64,000 bases of DNA from Candidatus Melainabacteria bacterium 17Bon1m (GTDB taxonomy: Bacteria > Cyanobacteriota > Vampirovibrionia > Obscuribacterales > Obscuribacteraceae). Numbering within the stretch: the stretch's first letter is position 1; each line of letters opens with the position of its first letter. The DNA is taken from contig JAVLKG010000016.1 of the NCBI GenBank assembly GCA_032128875.1, positions 1-64,000 of the forward strand. Reading direction: 5' to 3'. Shown piece by piece: positions 49,444 to 59,690 of the stretch. Position numbers and translations under genes: made by a program. Below the pieces are notes generated by a model. That model was not told the origin of the DNA, ran no database searches, and saw only the letters and a list, made by a program, of their open reading frames with translations.

Positions 49444-51149
49444 GCGTATCTTGTATCGCGATTATTGCGGTTGCCAACGAATTTGAAGTGAACGAGGTCG
49501 TTAGCTATCGGTCCACGTCCGTCACCATGTACGAAGCCGTATTTCTGCAAGAATGGCTTGGCTTGCGCGTAGTTTTGGACGTCGATTGCGTCGCCGTGTT
49601 CGTGATTGGATGTACCCGGACGCGCAACAGTTCTGGAAATGCCGCGTGTGCCTCTATTTGCGTACAGATATTGTTGTTCTTCGAATGTTCTTCCGGCAGA
49701 GTTGATCTTGATCTCGACACCGTGGGCGCGAGCGTCTGCTTGTGCTGCTTTGAAGGCTTGACCAGCATCACCGGATAGCCATTTCCCGTCGCCGATACTG
49801 ACTTTGCCGTCCGCCGACCACTTCATCGTGTCGTTTTCGTGGGTCGACTCTTGTCGTACTTTGGCGATGTCGTAAAGCTTTTGACCGGCTTCTACCAATT
49901 GTTTGCCGGTAGGTGAAGTAAGGTCTTCTTGCGTCAACTCACCTGCAGTCTTACCGCTCATCATGCCGGCTGCAATTGCGCCCGGGTTGTCGCCAACGCG
50001 GTCTTTGAACTGATTGACCATGTCCGTGGCCATCGACTCCTGCATCTCTTTCGGCAGAAGTTTCATATCTTCGGCGCCCGGCGCTTCGCCTTTGCCCATC
50101 TTGTCGGCCATCGCTTGCAGCTTCTTCAGCGACTCGGCGTTGAAGCCCTTCGGCAATTTACCTTGCTTGATCAATTCTTCGATTTTGGCCGGGTCTGGCG
50201 GATCGCCCAGGTCTAGCCCAGCCAGCCAGTTGCTGATTTGTCTGCCGCTAAAACCATAACGACCGGCGCGATAATCACCTTGCGGGCTCTTGCGCACTGT
50301 TTCATATGGCTTGGCGTGGTCTGCGTTGAACAAACCGGCGACAGCTTCTTTGACCGCAGCTTGTTGGTCGCTTTCATTCGCCTGACGTGGCACGCTGCGT
50401 TCCGGATAATAGTCGTTGGTGTTGCGCACCGGCATTTCACCGCCGTTGCTTCCGCGGAATCGATTCATGTTGCCGACGTTTTGCTGAGTCTCGGGCGACA
50501 TGCCGGAATTTTCTTGCGGTTGGCGCATACCCTGGCTTTGACGGGCTTCGGGTGAAACAACTGCAGCGTTGTCGTTGAGCTCTACGCCGTTTTTCGCTAG
50601 CTCCGGATTTTGGCTCTTCAACCGCTGAGACAGATAAGTCACCAATTGGTCGGCGGCTTGCTTCTGCTCTTCGGTCGGGTAAAGCTGACCTTCCGATCGT
50701 TCAATCTGAACCTTAATGTCCTTTGTATTTAGTGTCTCAGGGTCACCATGCATTTCGATGGTGCCGTCTTTTTTCACTACAAAGTTGGCTTTCTCCGGCG
50801 GCTGCTGAGCTACGTCTTGCATGGCGACGGAAATCTTAGGCGGCGTTTTGTCGGTGATATCAGGCATCTCTAAGGATGCTTCCGCCGAACTTGCCGATCT
50901 ATCTACAATTTTTCCTGCTTTAACTTGCTCTCTGGGCGACTTCTTCGGGTCCAGTGTGGAGACATTCTCGGCGCTGGGTCCAGTACCGGTATTGTTGTCG
51001 CCGACAGTGCTGACGTCTCTAGAAGGACCAGAAAGTTGAGTGGCGATCGACGCATGCAACTTTTCAGTGGGCTGGCGATGATGCTCATGACCGTGGTTGT
51101 CACCACCATCATTATTTACTGGAGCTACAATTTCTTTGCCGCGAGTCAT
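49440..51149 (-). CDS. Multi-domain peptidoglycan hydrolase with C-terminal M15 (VanY-like) peptidase
   Basis: INSAGRTFEEQQYLY..ARPGTSNHEHGDAIDV..HF; upstream amidase-like and lysozyme-like segments; no signal peptide. Confidence 0.8.
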   Translation of the reverse strand: MTRGKEIVAPVNNDGGDNHGHEHHRQPTEKLHASIATQLSGPSRDVSTVGDNNTGTGPSAENVSTLDPKKSPREQVKAGKIVDRSASSAEASLEMPDITDKTPPKISVAMQDVAQQPPEKANFVVKKDGTIEMHGDPETLNTKDIKVQIERSEGQLYPTEEQKQAADQLVTYLSQRLKSQNPELAKNGVELNDNAAVVSPEARQSQGMRQPQENSGMSPETQQNVGNMNRFRGSNGGEMPVRNTNDYYPERSVPRQANESDQQAAVKEAVAGLFNADHAKPYETVRKSPQGDYRAGRYGFSGRQISNWLAGLDLGDPPDPAKIEELIKQGKLPKGFNAESLKKLQAMADKMGKGEAPGAEDMKLLPKEMQESMATDMVNQFKDRVGDNPGAIAAGMMSGKTAGELTQEDLTSPTGKQLVEAGQKLYDIAKVRQESTHENDTMKWSADGKVSIGDGKWLSGDAGQAFKAAQADARAHGVEIKINSAGRTFEEQQYLYANRGTRGISRTVARPGTSNHEHGDAIDVQNYAQAKPFLQKYGFVHGDGRGPIANDLVHFKFVGNRNNRDTRYA

Positions 51150-51455
51150 AGTCACCGTTTGAGTAGTAATGCCGATTGTCTACCAACGCAGTCGCGTACT
51201 GATGCGGGCGTATTGCCTCGACTTGCTGCTGGATTGAAAGGGAATTAGCAACCGTGAGCTCGGCACTACACAACTTGCTCCCCTTATCTTATGCGCGCCC
51301 TGTGGGGCTGGCAAGCGCGGTTTCGTATTTACACCATGCTTGAAAGGTAGTTTTAACCTAATCAAACGCCGATGGCCAATCCTGAGAAGGCTTGCGACCC
51401 TTTCGATTGACTCAACTCTAGTCTTTATTTGGGAAGTTTTGCGGAAGCGAAAAGG

Positions 51456-52322
51456 TTATTGAGCCGGCGCACTAGCCTGGGCGGGCGCCCCTTGAAGCCC
51501 TTTCAACTTTTCCTCAACCGCCGCCGCTTCGTCCATTTTGCACGCTTTTTTGAGCACGTCGGCATACTCTCCAAGCAGCTTCACTGTTTTCGGTGCACTA
51601 CCGCGCCCCTGGCTTTCTTCGAAGTCTATGCGCTGTTTGAGAATATATTGTGCTTCGTCATAATTGCCGCCTTTAATGTTCAAGGCGAGAATTTTCTTGC
51701 TGTAGTCCTGCGCATCCGGGTCGTCAGGTCCATACTTTCTTTCCGCGATCGCAAGCAGTTTTTTGTAGTAGTAGATTGCGTCCTGATACTTATTGGTCTT
51801 CTCGTAGCATTCAGCCAAATTGAGCTCGCACTCTTTCACTTCGTATGCGTCCGGACCAATGCCCTGGCTGGCCATAGAAAGCGCCTGCCTGTAATACTTC
51901 TCAGCCTCGTCCCACTTATTGCGCTTACGCAAGACCTGACCCAAAAGTTTGACGCCTGCTACATATTCCTTCGCTTCCCTAACCTTACCTAGTTTGTCTC
52001 GGCACTCAATTGATTTCTTCAAATACGACTCGGCGAATTCCATGTCGTTTTTGTAAAATGCCTTTTGTCCGGCTTCGAAATAAGCGTTCGCCTGATAAAC
52101 CAAGTTTGGCATGTTGGGGATGGGCTTGCCGTTGGCGTCGTATTCTAGCGCCGGCGGCGTGTAATACATGAGGTTTTCGCCCATCGAGGCGTCGCGCGCA
52201 GCTGGTGGCTTAATCGGTTTTTTCGCGGGCGCGGCTGATGCCGGAGCGTGTAACGCCGATAGAGACAGTGAGGCTGAAACCGCCAACAGGCACGGCAACA
52301 ACGACTTGTTTGAGCGAAACAT
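51456..52322 (-). CDS. Exported TPR protein
   Basis: Signal peptide (..HAPASA), TPR repeats (LGQVLRKRNKWDEAEKYYRQAL, YGPDDPD). Confidence 0.87.
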   Translation of the reverse strand: MFRSNKSLLPCLLAVSASLSLSALHAPASAAPAKKPIKPPAARDASMGENLMYYTPPALEYDANGKPIPNMPNLVYQANAYFEAGQKAFYKNDMEFAESYLKKSIECRDKLGKVREAKEYVAGVKLLGQVLRKRNKWDEAEKYYRQALSMASQGIGPDAYEVKECELNLAECYEKTNKYQDAIYYYKKLLAIAERKYGPDDPDAQDYSKKILALNIKGGNYDEAQYILKQRIDFEESQGRGSAPKTVKLLGEYADVLKKACKMDEAAAVEEKLKGLQGAPAQASAPAQ

Positions 52323-52420
52323 TAAAGTACCTCCGTCTCAGATGTTCCAAGACAATGCCCGGCTACTCCAATGAAAACATTCCCCGCCGCGTAGCGAGAG
52401 AATCAGGTTTAATCTACAAC

Positions 52421-55400
52421 TTAAGCTGCGTCTTGCTTCGACTTCTTCTCGCCACGTTTTGCTTTCTCGTCTTCGGAATGAGCGTTCGCATCTATGGCAT
52501 GTTCTTCCTGATTATTCGCATTTTCGGCATCATTATTCGCATCCTTAGCATCAAGTTCCGCATCTTCAGCGTCATGGTTTGCGCCTTCAAGCTTCGCTCG
52601 TTCTTTCTCAAGCTCGGCGTGTTTTCTTGCTTCCTCCAACAATTCTTTTGAAGACTTCGACTGCGATTTGTCGCCTTTCGCTTTTTTCTCAAGCTCAAGA
52701 ACGTGGTCGCGCAGGGCATTCGCCAGGCGCTCTTGAGGCGTATCGCCTACACCTTCTTTGATAAGTTGTGATGGCTGAACGGGTTGTCCATACCATACGC
52801 GGATTTTTACGGGCGTTGGAAAATATGCTCCTGGACCCAGCGCTTCGCGCGTGCCATCGAGGTATACAGGGACGAGCGGTATGGTTTTATCCTTCATCAA
52901 TATGCCGATACCTTGTTTGAATGGCAGAAGATTACCGTCAAGCGTGCGTTTCGCTTCGGGAAACCAGACCAAACTGCGCCCTTGCTTCAAAACGGCAGCA
53001 CCTAATGCCAGACTCGTCAGCATCGATTTCTCTGCGTCAATTGGTATAACCTGCGCCAGACGGCTCAGGTACGCGAACACTGGATTACCAAAGGCAATGC
53101 CAACCCAGCCTGCCCACTGAGTTTTACGCATTCGCTCTTCCGGCAGCGATGCCGTCAAAGCGAACGCATCCATAAAGCTGGCATGATTTGGGATGAAGAC
53201 GACTTGCTCATCTGGGACATTCTCGTAGCCGATAGTCTCCAGCTTGAACGGCTTCATCAAGAACATCACCAATGCAAGATATGCTTTGGCCTGCGCTTCT
53301 TGCTCCTTGGTAAGCGGTTCGACGAACACTCTGCTCTTCTCATCAAGGAAACGCTCAGGGTGTTTGATTGGAGAGTCCGCAGTGTTGCCTTGTTGAGAAC
53401 TGCTTTGTACTTCCTTTAGCAAATCGCGCACTGTGTTGACTCGTGCCAGCGCCTCTTGGTTAATTTCCACCCCCGAATTTTCCACCATCTCCAGAGTGAG
53501 ATTCATCCATTCCAGAGAGTCGATGTTGAGTTCCAACTCTGGGCTGGTGTCTAAAGTCAAATCGTGATCTGGAAAGCGTTTTTTCAACCATTCCCACACA
53601 GCGCCGGCCGCTGGATCATTGATGAGTGCGCGATCTTCAGGCGAGAAATCTGACTCTGAAATGGCGCCAGTTCTTTTGCCTGCCTTCTCCTCCGCTTTTG
53701 CTTTGTCAAATTTTTCTTCCAACTCGTGACGCTTTAGTTTTCCTAAATTCGTACGCGGCAATGGTTCTCTGGTGATAGCAAAGTCCGTAATGTGCAGGTA
53801 TGATGCCATTCCCGAGGCTGCCGATTTTAGAGCATTAGAGACCGATTCCTTTGCGCCACCATCACCTGCGGACTTCAATTCAGGCACCACTAGTGCCACC
53901 AGCTTGTTGTCCTTCTTGAGCAAGGCTATTTCGCGAATTGCTTCTTGCTTTGCCAGTTTTTCTTCCACATCGTCCGGCTGAAACTTCTTTCCGCCTTCCA
54001 TAACCATCGTCGAAGATGCGCGACCTGTAATATGCAAGTTGCCATTTTTGATAAAACCTAGATCGCCGGTGCGGAACCAGCCATCCTCTGTGAATGCCTC
54101 TTTGGTCTTGTCCTTCAGATTGAGATAACCGCTGAAGACGTTCGGCCCGCGCGCAACTACTTCACCTTCATTTTCATTATGTTCTGGCTCTTTGACAGGA
54201 GCCTTTTCTTCCTTGTCTGGTGGTTCTTTAACGGGCTTTTGCTGCTGGTCTGCAGGCGGTTCCTTTATCTTTTCAGCATCATCGAGTTTTTCGTCGTCTT
54301 CTTGTTGAATCGGAATGATCTTCAGCTCAACATTTGGAATAGGTTTGCCTGTGCCCTCGATATCAGGATTTTCAGGCATGCGCATTGCCAGCAAGGGAGA
54401 CGTTTCTGTTAATCCGTACCCGATTGCGATGTCCCATCCGAGCGCTTTGAACTTACGAGTAAGCGCAGGCTCCAACGGTGCGCCTCCAGATGTGAAGACG
54501 CGCAGTGTTGGACCGAGCTTTTCGCGAACACCTTTGAAGAGCAGCTTTCCGATACGGATTCCGCAGCGGTCTCCAGTCTGCGCGATTGCCATCATGGTGT
54601 CGAATATTTTGCCGGTCACTTTGCTCGCATGCGCTTTTTTATCCATTGCCTCAAACAAAGAGCGCAAGATACGAGGCACAGACACAAGGATGGTGGCTTG
54701 TCCTTCGTTAATCGCCCGCATTAGTTCTGGTCCTGTGAGGGACTGAGGCATAATAATCGGTAAGCCGAGTTTGAGCGGACCCAGCAATCCAATGTTTAGT
54801 GGATAAACGTGGAAGAGTGGCAGCGGCAGCAGAATGCGGTCTGTCGGACCGATGAAAGTCATTTGCGCGAACGCCGCATCCAGTTGTGAGCGGATATTTT
54901 TGTGCGTAAGTGGCACACCTTTAGGCATGCCTGTGGTGCCGGATGTATAAAACAGAATGGCGGTGTCATCTTCTGGGACTTCTTGTGTTTCAAGAAAGTC
55001 CTCGAAATCATTGCGTTTGCACTCTAATTTGGTCCAACTGTCTGCACCTTGTTCTTTATCAATTCGATATAGCCTCAAAATGCCTTTGAGCAACGGTTGT
55101 GCGTGCGGTAATTCTGTTTTGATTTTTGCTTCTTCCAACTTTTTGACGCCGTTTTCATCAGTGAAAATCAGCACGGCTTTGCTGTCTTTGACTATGTGTT
55201 CGAGAACCTCTGCTGATTGTTGTGGGTCCACCGGTACTACGACCAATCCACTATAAACCGCTGCCAGTGCACATATCACCCAGGCTGGTGAGTTTGCGGC
55301 GAAGACAATTACGGTGTTGCCATTCTTGATTCCGAGGCGCTCAAAACCTGCAGCAACCCTTCGAATGCGCTCTGCAAGCGCCGTGTATGTAATGGAATTT

Positions 55401-55540
55401 GAGCCTGCGCGGGTAAACTGAATCAACGCCGGGTGGGCATCGTATTTGTCGAAATCATCAATTAGCGAGCGCAGCGTTGGAGCAGGACCGGTTCGCCGCT
55501 CCAGCTCGATCCTCTCGCCTTCTGCTGTTTGACCGTCCAT
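52421..55540 (-). CDS. Fused long-chain acyl-activating enzyme, acyl carrier domain and PlsC-type acyltransferase
   Basis: YTSGTTGMPKG, GYGLTE, FRTGDLG; ACP motif IDSL; NHASFMD and FPE..R. Confidence 0.92.
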   Translation of the reverse strand: MDGQTAEGERIELERRTGPAPTLRSLIDDFDKYDAHPALIQFTRAGSNSITYTALAERIRRVAAGFERLGIKNGNTVIVFAANSPAWVICALAAVYSGLVVVPVDPQQSAEVLEHIVKDSKAVLIFTDENGVKKLEEAKIKTELPHAQPLLKGILRLYRIDKEQGADSWTKLECKRNDFEDFLETQEVPEDDTAILFYTSGTTGMPKGVPLTHKNIRSQLDAAFAQMTFIGPTDRILLPLPLFHVYPLNIGLLGPLKLGLPIIMPQSLTGPELMRAINEGQATILVSVPRILRSLFEAMDKKAHASKVTGKIFDTMMAIAQTGDRCGIRIGKLLFKGVREKLGPTLRVFTSGGAPLEPALTRKFKALGWDIAIGYGLTETSPLLAMRMPENPDIEGTGKPIPNVELKIIPIQQEDDEKLDDAEKIKEPPADQQQKPVKEPPDKEEKAPVKEPEHNENEGEVVARGPNVFSGYLNLKDKTKEAFTEDGWFRTGDLGFIKNGNLHITGRASSTMVMEGGKKFQPDDVEEKLAKQEAIREIALLKKDNKLVALVVPELKSAGDGGAKESVSNALKSAASGMASYLHITDFAITREPLPRTNLGKLKRHELEEKFDKAKAEEKAGKRTGAISESDFSPEDRALINDPAAGAVWEWLKKRFPDHDLTLDTSPELELNIDSLEWMNLTLEMVENSGVEINQEALARVNTVRDLLKEVQSSSQQGNTADSPIKHPERFLDEKSRVFVEPLTKEQEAQAKAYLALVMFLMKPFKLETIGYENVPDEQVVFIPNHASFMDAFALTASLPEERMRKTQWAGWVGIAFGNPVFAYLSRLAQVIPIDAEKSMLTSLALGAAVLKQGRSLVWFPEAKRTLDGNLLPFKQGIGILMKDKTIPLVPVYLDGTREALGPGAYFPTPVKIRVWYGQPVQPSQLIKEGVGDTPQERLANALRDHVLELEKKAKGDKSQSKSSKELLEEARKHAELEKERAKLEGANHDAEDAELDAKDANNDAENANNQEEHAIDANAHSEDEKAKRGEKKSKQDAA

Positions 55541-55553
55541 AATTTACCTCGAT

Positions 55554-56645
55554 CTATCTGACTTCGGCTTCTTCTTTGGTTGCTGTTTGCTTTGTCTGCC
55601 GATTTTCAAGAGCGACAAGTTCTGCTCTGATTTGTGGCAAGACTTGTTTTGTTGCAGTATAACCCGCTGCAATCGCCCTGCGGATTATGTCTTCATCCTT
55701 GGTCAGTGGCGGGACGAAGTCTACGTCCGGGAAAATGAGGACGTCGGATGCTTCCGCTTTGGGATGGTCCGCCGCCGCCATCATAATATCTGCGACGCGC
55801 AGCACGACTGAGCGCATTGATTTGAAGGTTTTGTTGTCGACTGGTTTGATCGCCTTGTCGCACAGGACAGATACAGTCAAATCGGCGCCGAGTTTTTGGG
55901 CGATGTTGTTAGGTAAGTTTGCTCGTAAACCACCGTCTACATAAAGCTTCCCATCGATTTCGACTGGGCGAAAAACTGTCGGCACAGTGTTGCTGGCAAG
56001 AACGGAAAGTGGCAAATCGCCTTCGGACAGGACGCAGGTTTGCCCATCAGTAATATTCGTAACGACAGCAGCGAATGGCTTCTTCAGCGACTTGAAGTCT
56101 TCAGGCAATTCTTTGCGCAGAAGTTTTAAATATCCTTTTCCAGTAGACATGCCTGCGAACGGTTTGCCGAGAACAAGGTGTTTTACAGGCGCGAGAGGTT
56201 TTAAGATCTGGCGCACAATCACACCTTTCAGCATTGCGTCTTGAACTGTTTCATCAACAAACAGTTTTTCAATCTCGGCAGGTTTCATTCCTGCGCAATA
56301 TAACGCGCCGATTGTTGAGCCGAGGCTCGTGCCTACAATGCCGTCTATCTCAATGCCGTTGTCTTCCAAGCATTTGAGAACGCCTATCTCTGCGACCGAT
56401 TTAAATGCGCCGCCCCCTAGCGCCAACACTAGTCGAGGACGGTGCTGTGGGCTCTTTTCTTCGAAAGTTTCTTTTGCTGCAGGACTGACTTCAGTAGGTG
56501 GAACCAGCACATCAGGGTCGCGGTTCGCAGCTACGTGCATGGGGCTGAAGTCTGCCGTCTTCATTTTCGCTGCGTCTGAGGCCGGTGCGGGTCCGGTCGA
56601 TACAGTGACCGCTAATAATAGTAAAAGACCTATTAACTTGTTCAT
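55554..56645 (-). CDS. Exported patatin-like phospholipase
   Basis: Signal peptide; LALGGGA, GTSLG, YVDGG. Confidence 0.9.
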   Translation of the reverse strand: MNKLIGLLLLLAVTVSTGPAPASDAAKMKTADFSPMHVAANRDPDVLVPPTEVSPAAKETFEEKSPQHRPRLVLALGGGAFKSVAEIGVLKCLEDNGIEIDGIVGTSLGSTIGALYCAGMKPAEIEKLFVDETVQDAMLKGVIVRQILKPLAPVKHLVLGKPFAGMSTGKGYLKLLRKELPEDFKSLKKPFAAVVTNITDGQTCVLSEGDLPLSVLASNTVPTVFRPVEIDGKLYVDGGLRANLPNNIAQKLGADLTVSVLCDKAIKPVDNKTFKSMRSVVLRVADIMMAAADHPKAEASDVLIFPDVDFVPPLTKDEDIIRRAIAAGYTATKQVLPQIRAELVALENRQTKQTATKEEAEVR

Positions 56646-56750
56646 CGAATTTGCCCCTGCATGTCTGAAACTCGCGATCGCCGACCCGAGGCGACAACGG
56701 AGAGACGGGACATTGTTCGATTAGTTCCGGTCTTTGTTGTTTGTTATTTG

Positions 56751-56822
56751 ATATTCTAGAAAATAGAACGCTTGTTTCTCTTTGCGTTTGTTGTGGTATT
56801 CTATATTCTAGAATTTAGAATA
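56751..56822. promoter_or_regulatory. Palindromic/direct-repeat operator upstream of the HTH-NTase pair
   Basis: ATATTCTAGAA-nn-TAGAA at 56751 and 56803; TATTCTA-TATTCTAGAATT-TAGAATA palindrome at 56797-56822. Confidence 0.6.
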
Positions 56823-56831
56823 GTGTTCCGT

Positions 56832-57347
56832 ATGCTACTTGCTCAAGACCTCTATATATTGCTCAAATTGGCAGTGCTTCGAAGTGAGCACTGGACATTT
56901 AGCCAGCTATCCAAAGGTTTGGGCATCAGCACTTCTCAATTACACCTCGGTTTGTCGCGCGCGGAGGTTTCTCGCCTTTATCTCTCAGCAGAAAGGCGTG
57001 TAGTGAGACAAGCTCTGGGCGAGTTCATTTTGCATGGCGTGAAATACTCATTTCCTGCCGTTCCCGGAAAGATTGTGCGAGGAATGCCGACTTCGTTCGC
57101 TGCTTTTCCTCTCCGCGAACAGCTCCAGGTCGAGCCAGGCACACATCTTCCTGTCTGGCCTGATTACGAAGGAGAGACTCTTGGCTATGCTATTGAACCA
57201 CTGCACTCTGGCGCACCAATTGCGGCAAAACGAGATCAAGAATTCTACGAGCTTTTGGCTTTGGTCGATGTGATGAGAGAAGGTCGCGCTCGAGAGAAAA
57301 ACATGGCAAGAAATCTGATCGCGGACAGGTTCGACTTTTGGGAATGA
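56832..57347 (+). CDS. Winged-HTH protein, putative AbiEi-like/type IV antitoxin
   Basis: N-terminal HTH (WTFSQLSKGLGISTSQLHLGLSR); C-terminal EFILHGVKYSFP, RGMPT, PVWP, LALVD..R.GRARE. Start placed at MLLAQD. Confidence 0.7.
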   Translation: MLLAQDLYILLKLAVLRSEHWTFSQLSKGLGISTSQLHLGLSRAEVSRLYLSAERRVVRQALGEFILHGVKYSFPAVPGKIVRGMPTSFAAFPLREQLQVEPGTHLPVWPDYEGETLGYAIEPLHSGAPIAAKRDQEFYELLALVDVMREGRAREKNMARNLIADRFDFWE

Positions 57348-57354
57348 CTCAAAA

Positions 57355-58341
57355 ATGGACAGGCTGAAAAGTCATATTTCTTTTCTCTCAAACGTTGCCG
57401 ATGAACTTGGTGACTTGAAAGACGAGGTTGTTTTTGTAGGCGGTTCAATTTGTGGCTTGCTCATAACAGACTTAGCCGGTGGCGATGTGAGACCGACTGA
57501 CGACGTTGATTTCATCGTGAAAGTAACAACATACTCACAGTACACAAGCATTCAAGAAAAGCTGCGCAAAAAAGGCTTCAAAGATGTCGTGAAAGAAGAT
57601 GGTCCTATTTGCCGGATGAAAATCGGTTCGATCCTAGTAGATGTGTTGCCGGTCAATGGAGACTTTCTAGGATTTAACAACAAATGGTATGAGCGCGCAA
57701 TTGAAACAGCGGAAGAGCGCGCTGTTAAAGTGGGTGACGAGCCCAAAACCATTCGTGTAGTGAATGCTCCTCTCTTTATTTGTACTAAGTTGGACGCTTT
57801 TAAAGATCGAGGAAATGGAGATTTCATGGCGAGTCATGATATCGAAGACATCGTTGCTGTTCTAAATGGCAGAAAAGAATTGTGGGATGAGTGTTGGCTG
57901 ATGCCTGCGGATGTCCGGAGCTATCTCAAAAAATCATTTAGTGAGCTTCTACATAAGAATGCATTTTTAGATGCTGTGCCTGGCATGTTGCCCTACGGCT
58001 CGCAAGGGCGAGAACGCATTATTCGAAGACGCATGTCGTTAATTGCAAATTCTTTGCTTGAGGAGAATTTCTCAGGTCAAATAGAATTTGCATTTGACGC
58101 TGGTCTTGGAAATGCTGTTGAAGTCGCGGTGATCTCGTCAGATGCATTCGACGACGAAGTCAACTTTCCTACTCGAGTGTTAAATGACAAGCATGAGGTG
58201 ATACAACTTCTATCTGAATTGAATATTGATGACTACAACCAGCCATGGTCTCGTCAAATGCGCCGACTTTATTCTCTAGAAAATACTGACACGCAAACTC
58301 TTGCGCGGTGGAAACTTTTGCCACCTTATCTTGCTTACTAG
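57355..58341 (+). CDS. Pol-beta-like nucleotidyltransferase, putative AbiEii/MenT-like toxin
   Basis: VFVGG, RPTDDVDF, TKLDAFKDRG, HDIEDI; extra ~90-aa C-terminal domain. Confidence 0.78.
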   Translation: MDRLKSHISFLSNVADELGDLKDEVVFVGGSICGLLITDLAGGDVRPTDDVDFIVKVTTYSQYTSIQEKLRKKGFKDVVKEDGPICRMKIGSILVDVLPVNGDFLGFNNKWYERAIETAEERAVKVGDEPKTIRVVNAPLFICTKLDAFKDRGNGDFMASHDIEDIVAVLNGRKELWDECWLMPADVRSYLKKSFSELLHKNAFLDAVPGMLPYGSQGRERIIRRRMSLIANSLLEENFSGQIEFAFDAGLGNAVEVAVISSDAFDDEVNFPTRVLNDKHEVIQLLSELNIDDYNQPWSRQMRRLYSLENTDTQTLARWKLLPPYLAY

Positions 58342-58395
58342 GAATACGCTTCGAACAAAACTGATTTGCCAAGACAGCAACACTGCGCTCTCTAC

Positions 58396-59679
58396 CTACT
58401 CGTCGTCGCCTCCTCTTGGGCTAGAAGGAGGGGCCTCAGCCGTCGGATTTTTAGGATCTGACGGGTAATTGCCGATTGTCACGGTGACGGCTTTCACTGC
58501 CTTGTTGCGCAAGATCATAAAGCTCAGGGTCTCGCCGACTCTTCTGGCTCTGACTGCATCTTGCAGTTGCTGCGCGGTCGCAATGTCCTTGCCGTCGATT
58601 TTTTGTACGACGTCCATCCGTTCTAGACCGGACTTAGCCGCTGAACCGTTGGCGTATACCTGCGAGATAAATACTCCAGGTGTACCGTTCGGCAGTCCAA
58701 GCCCTTTGAGGGTTGCTTCGTCTAGCGCGCCAACCATCAGTCCTAAGAATGGACGTTCGATTTTCTTCTCAGCGATGAGATCGGTTACAGTCGGTTTGGC
58801 AATATCGATTGGAATTGAAAAGCCGATGTTCTGTGCTCTTGCGGCGATCGCAGTGTTTACTCCAACAACTTGCCCGGTCATATTGAGTAGCGGTCCGCCG
58901 GAGTTGCCCGGGTTGATCGCTGCGTCTGTTTGAATGAAATTGATATTGCCGTTGACGTCGGTTACTGTTCGTCCAACAGCAGACACGATTCCCAGTGTCA
59001 CTGAGTGGTCATAACCCATTGGCGAGCCGATCGCAATGACGAATTCGCCGGGACGCAAGCCGGTGGAGGTGCCCATCTCAGCCGTTGGCAAACCCTTAGC
59101 ATTAACTTTCACAACTGCGAGATCGGAGAAAGTATCGACACCAATGGCGGTGGCTTCCATCTGACGTTTGTCATTGAGAGTGACCATAATTTTGCTTGCG
59201 CCTTTGACGACGTGAGCGTTGGTCACAATGTATCCGTCTTCGCGAACTATGAAGCCGGTGCCCGTATTGTGGCGCTCAGGACGAGGTCCTGCACCGCCGC
59301 CGTTGCCACCACGCGGCATGCGCTGTCCATTGAAGAAGAAATCAAAGCCCTCAGGCAAATTACCAAATGGATAACTCAATCCTTGCACTGGCTGGTTGAC
59401 TTCGATGTTGACGATTGCCGGTGCAACACGCTCAGCGATATCGGCGATTGTGGTTGATGTCAGCGGTATGCCTTGCTGATCATTAACCGACTGTGCCAGG
59501 GTTTGAGCAAGAAAGCTGCTTGCCTTAGACCTCTTTTCTTGCATAGGTTTGTCATCGCTTGCACCATTAATGGTGGCAGCATGTGCCTGCTGCCAGGTGC
59601 GAGTGGTTTCCTCGACAACTGCCAACCCGACCAAAACCGACGCCGCAATCAAGAGAGTGAAGCTCAGTGATTTTTTCAT
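58396..59679 (-). CDS. HtrA/DegP-family serine protease with one PDZ domain
   Basis: TNAHVV, DLAVV, IQTDAAINPGNSGGPL, PDZ. Confidence 0.95.
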   Translation of the reverse strand: MKKSLSFTLLIAASVLVGLAVVEETTRTWQQAHAATINGASDDKPMQEKRSKASSFLAQTLAQSVNDQQGIPLTSTTIADIAERVAPAIVNIEVNQPVQGLSYPFGNLPEGFDFFFNGQRMPRGGNGGGAGPRPERHNTGTGFIVREDGYIVTNAHVVKGASKIMVTLNDKRQMEATAIGVDTFSDLAVVKVNAKGLPTAEMGTSTGLRPGEFVIAIGSPMGYDHSVTLGIVSAVGRTVTDVNGNINFIQTDAAINPGNSGGPLLNMTGQVVGVNTAIAARAQNIGFSIPIDIAKPTVTDLIAEKKIERPFLGLMVGALDEATLKGLGLPNGTPGVFISQVYANGSAAKSGLERMDVVQKIDGKDIATAQQLQDAVRARRVGETLSFMILRNKAVKAVTVTIGNYPSDPKNPTAEAPPSSPRGGDDE

Positions 59680-59690
59680 ATGTCCTCGAA

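Noticed and set aside
28747-58851. HIP1 octamer GCGATCGC occurrences
   Set aside because: Only a handful noticed in 64 kb; no clear cyanobacterial-style enrichment.
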